Source of the DNA: Nageia nagi
Taxonomy: Eukaryota; Plantae; Pinophyta
Length of the DNA: 64,000 nt
Reading direction: 5' to 3'
Assembly (NCBI GenBank): GCA_050084985.1
Contig: JBITNC010000001.1
Span: 100,998,001 to 101,062,000 of the forward strand
In this document: positions 1-13,589 of the stretch, piece by piece
How the letters are laid out: every line of letters starts with the position of its first letter
How positions within the stretch are numbered: the stretch's first letter is position 1
Made by a program: the position numbers and the translations under genes
Notes under the pieces: model-generated
Told to the model about the DNA's origin: nothing
Databases searched by the model: none
What the model saw: the letters and a program-made list of their open reading frames with translations, nothing else

Positions 1-984
1 CTCTATTGGATCAGATTATGGAGATATTGGGAGTTAAATTATAGGGTTATGTGGTCTAACAAGACTTCTATCTATATCCACTCATGGGACACTCGCATAT
101 CTCCAATGGCTATTCAAGTTGGGTTACATTCATACCAACTACCAAAATCTTACCATGAGGTTTGAATTGGATGGGATGGAATACACCTTGCAAGGGATAC
201 AAGATGAGGAAATGCAATGAACTAATAATAAGTTAGAGTTGGTTGATCTGAGTTTGGATAGAACCAAGTTAGCTACATTAAGGGGGAAAGGAGGAGGAAC
301 CCCCATGTTGAGCTTAGACAAGGCCAAGATGGCCACATTAAGGGGGAAAGGATAAGACAACCCCATGTTGATCATAAATATAGATAGGGTGACCATGTTG
401 AAGGGATAAGGAGTTGGGAATCCCATGTCGGGTAGGAGACCATATGAAAAAGTCATGTTGGGTGTCCAAGGAGATAGGGACCCTATGTTGGACATGCTAA
501 CACCAAAGGGAACTTCATTGGGTTTCCAAGGAGGAGGGGATACCATGTTGAGTATGAGGAGAGAAGAAGTGACCTTACAGAGTGTTTGGTAGTTTTGGAA
601 CCTCATGTTATAGATTAGGGAATCACTCCTTGATGGGATCAGTAGGAATCCTAAAGGGGGCCTAGGTCTAATACATTTTGTGTTGATAATGATTTTTTAC
701 ATGATAGTGTAGGTATAATTCCTTATAAGAGAACACTTAGTTCCATGGCTAGAGAGAGTCATCCATGTATATATTTTGAGGAGTTATGGCCATGGACACA
801 TCATATGTTCATAGGATAGTAGACTAGTTAGTACTAAAGACTCACCTCAACCAAAGGGACATGATATCTAGGTGGTTTTCCATAGAGGCAAAGTGCAGAT
901 GAAGATACCAAAGGATTCTTGGAAGAAAACATTTAGCTATCTCCTATCATTACTTAAGGGTAAGCAATTTGAGAGGGGAGGCTT
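1..984 (+). mobile_element. Internal 3' part of a deleted (non-autonomous) Ty3/Gypsy element: protease C-terminal remnant, 30-bp repeat block, PPT
   Basis: ~45-216 translates to QDFYLYPL...QWLFKLGYIHTNYQNLTMRFELDGMEYTLQG, typical of the end of a Gypsy aspartic protease. No RT or integrase follows. Purine tract GAGAGGGGAGG at 971-981 lies just before an LTR start. Confidence 0.65.
270..612. repeat. Degenerate 30-bp tandem array (core CCA[C/T][G/A]TTG)
   Basis: ccatgttg/ccacatta recurs every 30 bp (303, 333, 363, 393, 423, 453, 483, 543). Explains the 10-aa periodic spurious ORF 139..606. Confidence 0.8.
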
Positions 985-2251
985 TGATACATCCCATTTG
1001 GACCATTAATAAAATGTGTCATGGTCACTTTGTAATCTAGTGTTTATCCATGGTCTTATTGTACATGTGTAACTCAACCAAGAGCTTATGGTCTATGAAT
1101 CCCACTATGAGCCTAGTAATTAAATGTCTCCCCTTGAGTAATGTTGTATTAGTTTGTAATGGGTTATACTAGATTATGGGAATCCCTAGATAGGTATGAG
1201 TCTTATAAATTCTACAATGAGCATAAGGGTACACCAATGTTGGGAGGGTCCCACTTACCCCACATTGGCTTATGAGGTCACCTCGACCCCCATGTTAACT
1301 TAAGGAGGCCCATTAAACCCCACATTAGCTTAAGGAGGCCCATTAGATACCAAATCAACCTTGAGGACCTTTATTACCTCCAAATTGGCACACTAGGTGC
1401 ATGGGATCCCCACATTAGCATACTAGGCCAATATGAGCCCCACATTGGTATGGGTGACCTGTTGACCCCAAAATTGGAATAGAATTGGATTGGGATGATA
1501 ACAAGGTATGATAAATAGATAAGTGAGGCTATATATGAGGATGGAGCTCCATGAGTAGGTTAGATATTGATTATACATATTTTATATTGAACCTAATTGG
1601 GCATTCAAATCTTGATGATGGTGAACATTATTCTTAGATGATGTCTAGAGGAGTGATAAGGTTGGAAGCCTAGCATTGTAAAACTTAGGTGGTTCACCTA
1701 GTCCATCTGGTGGTATTCCAAGGGAAATCTTTTACCTTCATTGTTCATCTAGGTTCAAGGAGACTTCTTCATAGGAGAGGATTTAGATACTGAGGGAGTG
1801 AGTCTTTCCTATAATGTGTTTAGCTTGAAGAGGGTTTGGAACACTAGATTTGATCTATTAATATTCTCATTATATTCCATCTTCATATCATGATAAATAT
1901 ACATCTTTTACTTCTCATCATTTTGTTTTCCATTGTATGTGTGTCATGTATCTTATATAATGGTGTTGGGAGCTTCATACTTGTGTTGTTTAGTTTGTGT
2001 TGTATTCATGGTTGTTCAAGCATTGCATATTTAGTTGTGAGGTATTTGTTGAGGTACCAAGTGTTGGATAAATCCCTATAGGGATAACATTAGGGTATAG
2101 GGGTCATGTGGAAGCCTTAGGAGGCTCATGTATACATTGTAATAGGTTTAAGAGCCCTAGGGACCCAATATGGGTGTGTTTACATCATTGGTTGAGGGTT
2201 TGAATATCATAGGTGGAGTTATTTTTTAAAGGTTGATTTTAGGTCATCACA
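985..2251 (+). mobile_element. 3' LTR (~1.27 kb) of the Gypsy element, inserted in the integrase of an older element
   Basis: Starts TGATACATCCC after the PPT and ends CATCACA. TATA-like ctatatatg ~1529. 30-bp CCACATTGG array at ~1250-1480. Same family layout as the LTRs at 40426, 53128 and 54808. Confidence 0.75.
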
Positions 2252-2730
2252 AATACCACTTGGAAGTAAATTATAGGCTGCTCTCCTTTTGAGATTTTTT
2301 ATGGAAAGAAACCTTGATGCCCATTGAATTTGAGATTCATACTTTACAAATAGCCATCCACATCAGCATTGATCTATCAACAGCACAACATGATTGTCTA
2401 CACCAACTTGTCCACTTAGATGAAATATTTCTATAGGCATTACACCATACAAATGTTGTTCAAGCTTAAAGGAAGCATTACCAAGATAAGCTCATCCACA
2501 TTAGGTAGTTTGTAGTTAGTGATTGGGTGCTCCTCTTCAACTCTAAATACTAGGAATTTAATGTAAAGCTACACACTCGATGGCTTGGGCCTTATGAAAT
2601 CCTCCAACTATTTGATAATGGTATTGTATGAATCCAACTAATTATTTCTAGCTAATATAATTTGTTGGTCAATGGACATCGATTAAAGCTTTATCATTGT
2701 CCACCATTAAGAGAGGATTCCTATGTAAAG
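2252..2730 (+). pseudogene. Ty3/Gypsy (non-chromovirus, Athila/Tat-like) integrase C-terminus, decayed
   Basis: Translates TTWK..GCSPFE.FYGK..LMPIEFEI...DWVLLF...KLHTRWLGPYEI...LVNGHRLKLY, with stops and frameshifts. Confidence 0.85.
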
Positions 2731-2902
2731 TTCAAGATCTTGAAAACTTGCATGTGATAGAAGGATACTCCTCCTCTTTATCAGCCTAAGTATGTTAAAA
2801 AAAGAAAAATTTCATATGTGAAAATCAAAAGGTACATGTGGAGAAAGTAAGGTGTAAAAACTAAAGTCTTTGGCACATCCTACTTTGGAAAAAAAATGTA
2901 TG

Positions 2903-2929
2903 TATATATATAATATATATATATATATA
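2903..2929. repeat. (AT)n microsatellite
   Basis: Near-perfect TA run. Confidence 0.8.
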
Positions 2930-3069
2930 ATTTTCTAACTTGGATGTTTATTGGAGGAGTACATATGCAAATGGATAATCCTACACACCCAAAAAGAAGT
3001 AATAATCATGTTCAAAAATGCTCTATATGGATTTTTGATAAGTAATGATGATAGCTATCACCATCAATA

Positions 3070-3545
3070 ATTGCTAGTAACAATCTTCTTAGAGCTACAA
3101 CTGAGTCCTATGCTAGGATGTGACCCACATTTCCCATTGGTAACACTGCATCACATGTCATACCACAACCCAATTCTCATTATACTTGCATGCCCACAAA
3201 TAGCACTATGCTACAACACAACTCTTGTTGTACCTACATTCCCACTAGTAACATTGCACCATATGCCACATCACAACTCCCATGTGACCTATGTTTCTAT
3301 CAGTAACACCATGCTACACATGGTATTGCAATGCAACTCACATTATGACCAGTGTTCTTACTAATATCATCGCATCATCAGATCATATCATCATATGTAC
3401 CTTGCTATAATCTATACCACTACTAGTAACAACTCACCTACTATGTTGCACCATGTCTACTAGATAGATCTGCACCATCACTAATAACACCTTGCCAAAC
3501 ATCACATCTCCACTACCATCAACCACTTCACTTCATACTATTTTA
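3070..3545. repeat. Degenerate ~60-bp tandem repeat in the Gypsy post-pol spacer
   Basis: (c)actagtaaca...ca(t/c)cac motif recurs at ~3074, 3135, 3243, 3300, 3360, 3422, 3480. Confidence 0.65.
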
Positions 3546-3986
3546 CTAACATATACTTTGCTAGCTATCCTTATCATTTGACTTTTGATAAGCAATCTTT
3601 CCCACCCATGCTCCACTCTCTAGGTAATTATGAAAGTACATGTAAGATCCACTTCACTCAATTTTTCTATCACTACATCTTACATCTTTAAATTAGGTGG
3701 AGTTGAGTCATCTTTTCCTAACCTCCATTCGAGGACACCTACCATTTTTTAGTTGGGGGGAGGACTATTTTTATATCATTGATAACATTTTGATTTAGCC
3801 TAATTATCAAGAAAAGTATAAAATTAGGTCAAGGTAAGTTGTATAACCATATTAGGTCACATGAATCATCATAAACATCAATTAATCTCATAATAGCATA
3901 TTAGGGCCATGTCACATCAAGGAAAGCATAAACTAACTCATAACCCTATTTATTTTCTAAATTCATTATGCAAGTTATCTATAGCC

Positions 3987-6050
3987 ATGTTGAGAGTGAA
4001 ACACATTGAGCCCAAAACCCATTCTGAATTGTTGGCATATCAAGCAGTGAGAGACATCTTTGATAGGGAACACCTTTTGAACTACCACCAATAACTGAGT
4101 GGATATGATGAGATGATAACCCAATATTTTTCCCTTGAATGGAAGGATGGGATAGTATATCTCCATGGACTATAGATATTAGTTAACCCCCATGAAATTT
4201 TGATAATTACTAGAATCCCAAATGAAGGAAAGCATTGAGAGTATGATGTTGTGAGCATGTAGGAGGTAGCCAATATCTTTTGTTTAGAGGGTGAAGAACT
4301 CTAGTTCATGCCACATGAGAGTATTAAATTGATTAATTTACCATAACCATGGCCTATTGTTGCTTACTTTGTGCTACATTACTTGTGAAGGAAGATTCAC
4401 ATATGTGAGGGGGTTCCATATCAAGCTGTTTGCACATATGGGACATCAAAGCATCAAATAATCAAGGGTTAATTTAGTAATTTTTCACTTTAAGGTCCTA
4501 CAAACAATGACTAGATGCTATCGAGAGTACAAAGGAAGTAGCAACATAAGGATATGAGATGAACCATTAGATAGAAGAGACAAAAGCATGGTATGGAATC
4601 ATCTTCAACGTAATCCATAAGCTACCCCCAAACTAAGGCATCAGTGCCACAAGAGGTAGAGTAAGGGTCACAACTACATGTAGCTTTGAGTGAGAATAAG
4701 GAGTTAATGAAGACTATTGATTGAATTCACAAAATGCTTTGAAGAATTAAGTTCAAATATGGGAAGCAAATGGTTAGTGTAGTGGATGAAGGGGGTCCCT
4801 CTCAAGAAGTAGTGATACATGTTTATGACTTGGAGGAAGAAATTGGCCATATTATGATAGAAAATGAAGCACTATGATGTGAGTTCACTGCTACACCTCA
4901 AGAAGCACTACCACACCTATTGGAGGGCATCCCCTAAGATTTTATTAACCTTTTTCCATCATTCAATTATTCATCTCAAACTATTCTTAATAGATATGCA
5001 GTAATAGAATTTTTACAACTAGTTCATGGTGGCATGAAGACATTTTCTCATGTGCAAGATGACCTATTCTTCTTAAATATAAATAATGTAGTTGTACTAG
5101 AGGATTTGGAGGTGGTTAAAGCCCAAAACAAATAAATTATGAAGGAATTGGAGTTAGCCAACTAGAAGTTGGAATACACCAAGGATAGATTAGATATTCT
5201 TGAGGCATTGATCCTACTTGTACAAGAATGCATACCTCTTCCTAGGTTATATGCTTTCATGTTAAAGGAACAATATTATTTGTTTCACATCTCTTATATT
5301 TTTGTTGGTCAAAAATATGATATTTCCATCTAAGAAGATTTTCATAATGTGTTTTGTGATAGCACTAACTCCTAGTAGGACCTCATGTTAGAATTGTTTA
5401 ATTAGGCACAACCTGACTATAATCCAGGACCCTAGGTTGGTGATTTCTAATTACATGCTTTCTTATCAACACTTATAATGGAAGTGACATGCTATCATAG
5501 GCTATAAGAGTATGAGAAGAGGGAAAAGTGAGAAGGCTTAACGTTGTGAGCAGAATGCCCTTGTACTACAATAGTAATTATTAATTGGAGAGACTAAACT
5601 TAGGGACCATGGTATCATGAAGAATTAAAACAAATATGGGAGGAGTTCCTTATTCATGCCAAACATATGTTTCTTTATGTTATTTATGATGCTCTCATTA
5701 GAGTTATGGACCATTATCAGTACTTATCCATTTTCCTTCAAAAGAGAGAGCTGATCTCTTAGCCAAATTTTGAGAGGGTACATGGATGAGCTTAAAGAGG
5801 ATGAAGAATTAGGTTGGCTTAGTGCAAAATATTAGTAGCCAAACTTTTGGACTCTTGAACTAAAATTTGATGTAAGGTGATTTCCTACCCCAAAGTCTAT
5901 TTCTACTAAGTGGGAGGACACTATGACATTTCATGGATTCTACTTGACCAATAGTCCACTACAAGCAAATCCTATAGATTGGAGTACCCAAGTTTAGATG
6001 AAGAATTAACAAGGTATGAGGAAATGCCTTACCTTAGTTGGGGGGGTGAT
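3987..6050 (+). pseudogene. Decayed extra (non gag-pol) ORF of the Gypsy element, plant-transposon/PMD-like N-terminus
   Basis: MLRVKHIEPK...LSGYDEMITQYFSLEWKDGIVYLHGL..LVNP...ITRIPNEGK resembles the N-terminus of conifer retroelement accessory ORFs (recognition from memory). Later blocks YNPGP.VGDF.LHAFLS and NFWTLELKFDVR.FPTPK. Many stops. Confidence 0.55.
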
Positions 6051-7077
6051 GAGTCCTCTATTTGTCTACTTGTGATTGGTTTTTATGGGCATTACCTATG
6101 ATTTTAGGTGTTTTATGATCATGATTTCTTAATCCATGATTTACTCCATAATAATTGTTGGTGTAAAATATTTATATATGAATTTGGCTAAGTTTAGTGC
6201 ATTTTGTATGTATTTTTTATGAATTTCATGTGTGTAGATTATCCACTTAGATCTATGAGGTACTGTATGTGTGTCAGTAATAGCCTACAACATGGGATGT
6301 TTGACAATAGCCTTGTTACAGTTTCATCCAACTAATTTCTACATGGGGCATATTTTGATCACTAGTATTATTTAGGTAGCTTATGAGAAAGTTGTTCAAG
6401 GAATCTATTTTGTATCATTGGCATGACTTGTAATCAGTTAGGAAACTAGTATTTTGAGATTACCTAAAGGACATGCAAGTAGTTTCATTTTGTTATAGGC
6501 TCTATTGGAAATTCTTATGCATAAATTGATTACTTATAGTTAAGAATAACAATGAATACTTTTATTGAAGATTAATACATACTTTAGCTTTCTCAAAAAT
6601 TTCATGATTCAAAGGTTGAGTTGAATTCTTATATGTGTTAAATATGATTTTAAGTCTTTTTTGCTTTTAGTAGATCAATAAGAATATTTCTAACTTGAGC
6701 ACAGATCCACCCTTGCTAGAATTATTATCTGTGTGCATTTCTTATTTTAATTTATTTCTCATAAATTTATGTTTCAAGTGTGATTAATTCTATTACTAGC
6801 ATATTTCATATTCCTTGTTATTCGATAGTACTCTATGAAAAGAAAATACCAAAAAGAATTCCTATTTCAATCTTGCTTTCCTTTCAACAAGTTTCCTATC
6901 CTGCAAGTGTGTTTCCTTTCAGCAATTTACTTTCCTACAAGTGTGTTTCCTTCTTGCAAAATTTCTTGCTTTAGTATTCTTTTCCAATTTTATTACCTAA
7001 CTTTTGTTACTTGCAAACTATTTGTTACCTACAAATCCACTTAGGATCATAGAACACCCCAAAAAATAAAACCATCA
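6047..7077 (+). mobile_element. Probable 3' LTR, or distal part of a longer LTR starting at 3766
   Basis: G-run AGTTGGGGGGG directly followed by TGATG; end ...AAAACCATCA gives TGATG/CATCA termini. An alternative PPT AGTTGGGGGGAGGAC sits at 3751-3765. Confidence 0.45.
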
Positions 7078-7129
7078 ACCTTGGATTAATAATTAAATTA
7101 TATAGTAAAAAATAGTCAATGTTTATTGG

Positions 7130-8029
7130 TGTTGATTTTCAAAATCCACCTCTATCCTATAATTAATAGACCTAGATATTAAAAAACTACCTCCCTCTTA
7201 ACCCCCATTCAATACATTTAATCCTTTAACCAAAGATAACAGACAAAAGGGTCGAGAAGGTAATCTACTCAACTTACCTCAAGATATCACAGGTTGAACT
7301 AAAAAAATCACTTCCACCAAAGCTCTTGCATTTTCTTTAGGTTTTTATCTATAATAATATTTTACAACATACATATTATTTAAATTTTACCTTGTTTTCT
7401 CATGTATAAAAGCAATAAATTTCCAAGTGTATTAGCAAAATAAAAGAAAATGGAAAATAAATACACCACAAAAGATTTTAACCCAACGCTCTCTTTTATT
7501 CTATGGAGTTATTCCAATTTCTCCTCTTTTTCTCATTATTTACAACACTTAGTATTTTTCTCACACTATCTCTTAACTCCTTTTCCTCTCGTAGACTAGC
7601 AAAATTTTGACTAAAAAGAAAAATATTGACTAGTCTTCTTTTTATAAATTTAAGGAAGCTAGCCCATAATAATGTGAATACCACTAATTAATTAGCATCA
7701 CACCACATAGAGATCATTGTGGTTATGACCATCAACCAATCTCATCTCTGCTTGGTCTCCTCCAAATTAGCTATAACCACTAACCACATTACAAACAATA
7801 AAATTTGCCACCTTTTACAAATTTAAAAATACTAAACACGAGATAATATTATCTCCCCCTTTTATAGAGGAATAAAAACCATGCCCTATTTTTAAAATAT
7901 CTCACAATATTTTAAAAAATACTAAACTAATTTTAAGCCTAAAATACTCAATAAATAAAAACCCAAAATAACATAAAAATACCTAACACCCCTAAAATAA
8001 CCCATAACATGCAAATTTGGGTGCCATCA
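7130..8029 (-). mobile_element. LTR-like fragment
   Basis: TGTTGA...CCATCA ends and LTR-like composition. No matching TSD found. Confidence 0.3.
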
Positions 8030-8101
8030 AATACAAGGTGCCACTTGGTATACAACAAGTGGTCAACCTCCCTTTGACATTCAACATGAGATCCAAAACC
8101 T

Positions 8102-8622
8102 TGTTGGGAACTTAGCACACATCGTGAGGTATTTTTTATATTTTCCAAGTTCACTAACTAGTTAGTACCCTACAAATTGGCCATATGGCTCCCAAATGTC
8201 AATCAGTTCTCATCCAACTAATTAGGCCTATCTAATCGATTTTTACCACACCAATTAGACCTAGATTTGTAATGCCTCAAAACTTAAAATCTTGAGGCAT
8301 TTTCTTTTTCTTTTTTATGCATTTTCTTGGTTTTTCCAAGTCATACTAAAGGATATGACATGTGTATCACTTCTTAGGATCCGTTACTAGGTTAGTGACT
8401 TAGTAATTGAGTTAGTCTACTCATAATTATTAGTATGTGTGAGTGTAGTTTTACTTTTGTCTACATTTTTCACCATTATTGGATTATTGAAGCTTCATAC
8501 TTGAAGCTCATGGTATTTAATTATGTTCATTACTATACTTGAGTTGTTTCTACTTCAATCTATATGATTATTACTGTAATTCAACTCCATTTGGGTTTAC
8601 TGCAAATAGTTTAAATTGTTCA
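8102..8622 (+). repeat. copia 5' LTR
   Basis: TGTTGGGAACTT...AATTGTTCA; aligns with 12926-13446. Confidence 0.95.
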
Positions 8623-8624
8623 TT

Positions 8625-8636
8625 TGGTATCAGAGC
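8625..8636 (+). promoter_or_regulatory. Primer binding site (tRNA-iMet)
   Basis: TGGTATCAGAGC, 2 nt after the LTR. Confidence 0.95.
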
Positions 8637-8731
8637 TATCTATCTAATCTTTGTTATGTTTGACAAAGCCTATGGCTTCTTGCAATTGCAAAAGTTACTT
8701 GTAGAGTCTTGGTTTCTTATTTGCAGGTATA

Positions 8732-11700
8732 ATGACTAGTAACACAAGCTCATCAATTCCCATTCTAGATTTTGATGGAAGTGATTATAGATATTGGAGC
8801 ATTAAAATACAAACATTGCTCACTGGAAAAGATTTGTGGAACATTGTTGATGATGGCTACACAAAGCCAATAGATTGGACCACTCTTTCAACTTATGATA
8901 AGAAGGTTAAGAAAGAATCTAGGAGCAAGAATTATCTTGCCTTATCTCACCTCCAACCAAATCTTAACAAGAGCATATTTCTTAGAATTGTTGGTTGTAA
9001 GATAGCTAAAGAAGCTTGGATAGTGTTGAAGGAACGCTTCCAATGGAGTGACAAAGTTAAGGAGGTGAAATTGCAAACTCTAAGAACTAAATTTGAGACT
9101 CTCAAGATGAAGGAAATTGAGAAAGATTCATATTACTATGTTAGAGTGAAGGAGATAGCTAACAAGATGGCAACTCTTTGAGAGAACTTGGAAAAAGTAG
9201 TAATAATTTTTAAAAAAAAATAAACATATCTTACCAAGAGATGGAATCACATTGTTGTAATCTTGATAGAGACTAAATACATCTCCTAGATGGATATTGA
9301 TTCTCTCATTGGCTCTCTTATGTCTCATGAAGATATGATAGGTGAAGACCAACCCAATCTAGTAAAGAGGAGAAAACCTTTGCTACAAAAGAAAGGGAAT
9401 CTAGTTCAAATGTATATGGAAAAGGAAGAAGAAGAAGCCAATAAAGATGGAGAGGTAAAAGTAGAGGAAGAGGAGGCTACTCCAACTCAAGGAGAAGAGG
9501 TAGAGGCACAAGTGATAAGAAGAATGCTTAATGCTTCTATTGTAACAAGTATGGGCATTATGAGAGGGAGTGTAGAGCAAAATAAGTAGAAAATAGTGAA
9601 GGAAAAGCAGCAAATTATGGAGAGGAACAAGAGTATGTTGAAACTCTCTGTCTTTCCATGGAGGAGATAGCTAATGTGGCTGAAACAAATAAAGAAGAAA
9701 TATGGTTGCTAGACATCAAGTGTTCAAATCATATGATCAGAAAGGGGGAGCTTCTCTCATCCATGGATCATTCTTACAAGTCAAGCAGCAAACATAGCAA
9801 CAACTCAACAATTGAAATGGCTGGTAAAGGTATGCTTATGGTGCCTACCAAACATGGAATGAAGAAGGTACATAATGTCTATAGCACTCCAGATATAGCT
9901 CATAGTTTACTTAGTGTTTGACAAATTATGGAGAATAACTATAAAATAGTTTTTGAAGATGGAAAATGTGAAATTTTTTATAAGAATCATGGGAACAAAC
10001 TTGTTACTACTATCCAAATGACTACAAATATATTATTTCCAATGAAGCTTGGGGATAAAGGGGATAGTATTCTTACAAATATGGCTATGAATGATGTGTT
10101 TTGGTTGTGGCATATTATATTTGGTCATATAAATTTTAACATCCTGAAATTGTCTCATGAACTTGTTCATGGTTTACCTTTTATTGAAGACCCCAAATTA
10201 GTTTATGAAGCTTGTGTTTTGGGTAAGCAAACAAGATAAAAATTTGATCATGGGAAATCATGGAGGGACTTATTACCACTAAAGCTAGTGTATACTAATT
10301 TATGTATACCAATGCAAACCAAAAGTATTGGTATGAATTCCTATTCCCTCACTTTCATTGATGATTTTAGTAGAATGTGTTGGGTATATTTTTTCAAAAA
10401 TAAAGATGAGGCATTTTATTACTTCAAGAAATTCAAAGAGTTGGTTGAAAATGAGAGTGAACACAAGATCAAATATGTGAGAAGTGATAGAAGGGGAGAG
10501 AATGCTTCAATTGCATTTACTAATTTTTGTAAAGAACATTGCATTAAATGGCAATACATTATAGCATATACTCCTCAACAAAAGGGAGTGGTTGAGAGGA
10601 AAAATTGCACTCTCATGGAGATGGAAAGATGATTGATGCAATCCAAAAAATTGCATCACATGTATTGGGTTGAAGTAGTATGAACAACCAACTACATATT
10701 AAATAGATGTTCTACTACAACTGTTGAAGGGAAGACACCATTTGAAGCTTGGTTTGATAAGAAACCTACTATCCAACATTTTAGAATTTTTGGGTGCTTG
10801 GCCTATGTACATGTGCCCAAATAAAATTATAAAAAGTTATATGCCAAGAGTGAACCATGTGTAGTCATTAGATATAATGAAGAAAGTAAAGTATATAGGC
10901 TCTAAAATCTAAAGAGCAGGAAAGTGATTATTTCTAGAGATGTCATTTTTGAGGAGGGGAGTATTTATGGAAATAAGCAAAAATGCACTATTAATGTTGG
11001 AGTATAAGTTCCAATCCATGATAACACTTAAAAATTAAGAAATGTGCAACCTATGAGATCAAATTCTCTTCCCAATATTCAAGTGGCACCTCAAAGTCCT
11101 CCATCAAGTCCCTCCACTAGCTCCAACAAATGCAAATCTACTCCTACTTCTTATTCAAGTGGTGGCTCTCCAAATGTAATTCAAGAGGTGATGATAAAAA
11201 AAAAGAGGTAAAATGAATTTCAAAAGCCATCCTCCTTCTCAAGTTTTAGATCCAAACTTTCATCAAAGACTTACTAGAAGTCAATTTCATGAAATGGAGA
11301 AGTTTGTAAAATAATTTAATGATATGGAAATTGATGAAGAGACAAAGTGAGACATGGTTAATTTTGCATTGTGTGCAGCCCAAAATACTATTTTTTCTGA
11401 TTTTGATCCATCTTGTTATGAGGAAGCTTGCACCAAAAAAGTGTGGTTGAAGGCCATAAAAGAAGAGCTTCACTTGATTGAGAAGAACGACACATGGGAG
11501 CTTTGTGAGTTGCCAAAGGAAAGAGATGTGTAGGCTCCAAGTGGGTCTACAAAACTAAATACAATAGTGATGGAACAATAGAGAGACATAAAGCAAGACT
11601 GGTTACTAAAGGCTTCACAAAAAAAATGGTGTAGATTTTGAAGAGACTTTTGCACCAGTTGCAAGGCAAGAAATAGTGAGAATGCTTCTTTTAGTGGATA

Positions 11701-12900
11701 CCCAAAAGCATTGGAGTGTACATCACATTGATATCAAGCGTGCATTCTTAAATGGCTACTTGGATGAAGAGGTGTATGCACAACAACCTTAAGGATTTCA
11801 AGTGCAAGGTAAAGATCAGTATGTATACAAGCTCAAGAAGGCCTTGTATGGTCTTAAGCAAGATCCAAGAGCTTGGTACACTCGGATTGATGGATATTTC
11901 TAAAATTTTAGACTCATGAGGAGCAAGAATGAGCCAACACCCTACATCAAGAGAGAAGGTAATCAAATGTTTCTTTTTTCTATTCATGTTGATGATTTGA
12001 TCTATATGGGAAGTGATTCCTTCTTTAATGATAAATTCAAAGTTGATTTGATGAATGAGTTTGATATGAAGGATCTAGGCCTCATGAGGTACTTTCTTGG
12101 CATGGAGGTCCACTAATGTCAAGAATAAATTTTTGTTTGCCAAAGCAAGTATGCAAGAGACATGCTCAAGAAATATGGCATGGATAATTATACTAGTTTT
12201 TAAAATCCTATAGCTTATGGAGAGTTGCTATGTAAAGATGATGGTGCTCCAAAATAAGTGTAATAGAATTTAGGAGCATTGTTGGTAGTCTCATGTTTCT
12301 TTGCAATACTAGGCTTGATGTTTAATTTTTTATCTCTATGGTGTCTAGATATATGAATGATCCTTCCATTTTGCATATGTATTCTCAGATATGTTAAAGG
12401 CACCATTAATTATGATCTTGATTATTCTCATGTGGAGAATATGGAACTAGTTGGTCTTAGTGAAAGTGATTGGGGCAGCAATTTAGATGAAAAGAAATCC
12501 ACTTTTGGATATTATTTCTCACTTGGTTTAGGTATGATTACATGGAGATCCAAGAAGCAATCTACAGTAGCTCTTTCCTCTTGTGAAGTAGAGTACATTT
12601 CTCTTACTACAGCTAGTACTCAAGCATTATAGTTGAGGAAGTTACTGGATGAAATTGGTGAGAAACAACTTGGACCAACAACTCTTTTTTGTGATAATTA
12701 GAGTGATATTCAATTGGCACATAATTCCATCCACCATAGTAGGTCAAACCACTTCTACCTCAAGTATCATTTCATACATGACATGGTGGAGAAGAACTAG
12801 ATTGAGCTTCAATATTGCAACACCAAGACTAATTTGGATGATATCTTTACAAAAGGTGTTGTCAAGGCTTAATATATAATGCTTGAATACTCCCTAGTGA
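8732..12900 (+). pseudogene. copia gag-pol (gag, zinc knuckle, protease, integrase, RT, RNaseH), many stops and frameshifts
   Basis: FDGSDYRYWS, WLLDIKCSNHM, FIDDFSRMCWVYF, YTPQQKGVVERKN, HVDDLIYMG, SKKQSTVALSSCEVEY. Confidence 0.95.
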
Positions 12901-12925
12901 GTCCCTTTTGCATCAAGAGGGAGGA

Positions 12926-13446
12926 TGTTGGGAACTTATCACACAATGTGAGATATTTTTCATGTTTTCCAAGTTTGCTAACTAGCTAGTACCTTACATA
13001 TCGACCATTTGGCTCTAAAATGTTAATTAGTTATCATCTAACTAGTTATGCCTATCTAATTGATATGTAACACACTAGCTAGACCTATATTTGTAATACC
13101 TTGATACTTAAAATCTTGAGGCATTTTATTTTTCTTTCTTATGCATTTTCATAATTTTTCTAGTTCTCCCTAAAGGATATGACATGTATATCACTTCTTG
13201 GGATCTATTACTAGGTTAGTGAGTTAGTAATTGAGTTAGTCTACTTATAATTATTAGTATGTGTGAGTGTAGTTTTACTTTTATCTGCATTTTATATCAT
13301 TATTATATTATTAAAGCTTCATACTTGAAGCTCATGGTCTATAATTGTGTTCATTACTATACTTGAGGTGTTCCTAGTTCAATTTATATGACTATTACTG
13401 TAATTCAGCTCCTTTTGGATTTACTACAAATAGTTTAAATTATTCA
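12926..13446 (+). repeat. copia 3' LTR (PPT AAGAGGGAGGA at 12915-12925)
   Basis: Direct repeat of 8102-8622. Confidence 0.95.
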
Positions 13447-13470
13447 AGCCCCATGTCCTCCCTATTGGCA

Positions 13471-13525
13471 TTGGGTAGCAACACATTGGGTAGCAACACA
13501 TTGGTTAGCAACACATTGGGCAGCA
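13471..13525. repeat. 15-bp tandem repeat x3.7 (TTGGGTAGCAACACA)
   Basis: Directly visible. Confidence 0.9.
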
Positions 13526-13589
13526 TAGATTGCACCAATGATCCCATCATCAGCTATGATTACTGAAACTAAGGATCCATCTTCCCCAA

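Larger units (their letters stand above)
8102..13446 (+). mobile_element. Full-length decayed Ty1/copia retrotransposon
   Basis: Two 521-bp LTRs (TG...CA), PBS, gag-pol and PPT. Flanks AACCT/AGCCC are a TSD with two transitions. Confidence 0.95.

Noticed and set aside
139-606. 155-aa ORF as a real repeat protein
   Set aside because: Antisense read-through of a 30-bp DNA array inside a Gypsy remnant.
8625-8636. tRNA gene fragment
   Set aside because: A 12-nt PBS complementary to the tRNA-iMet 3' end, not a gene. No tRNA or rRNA genes were seen in the window.
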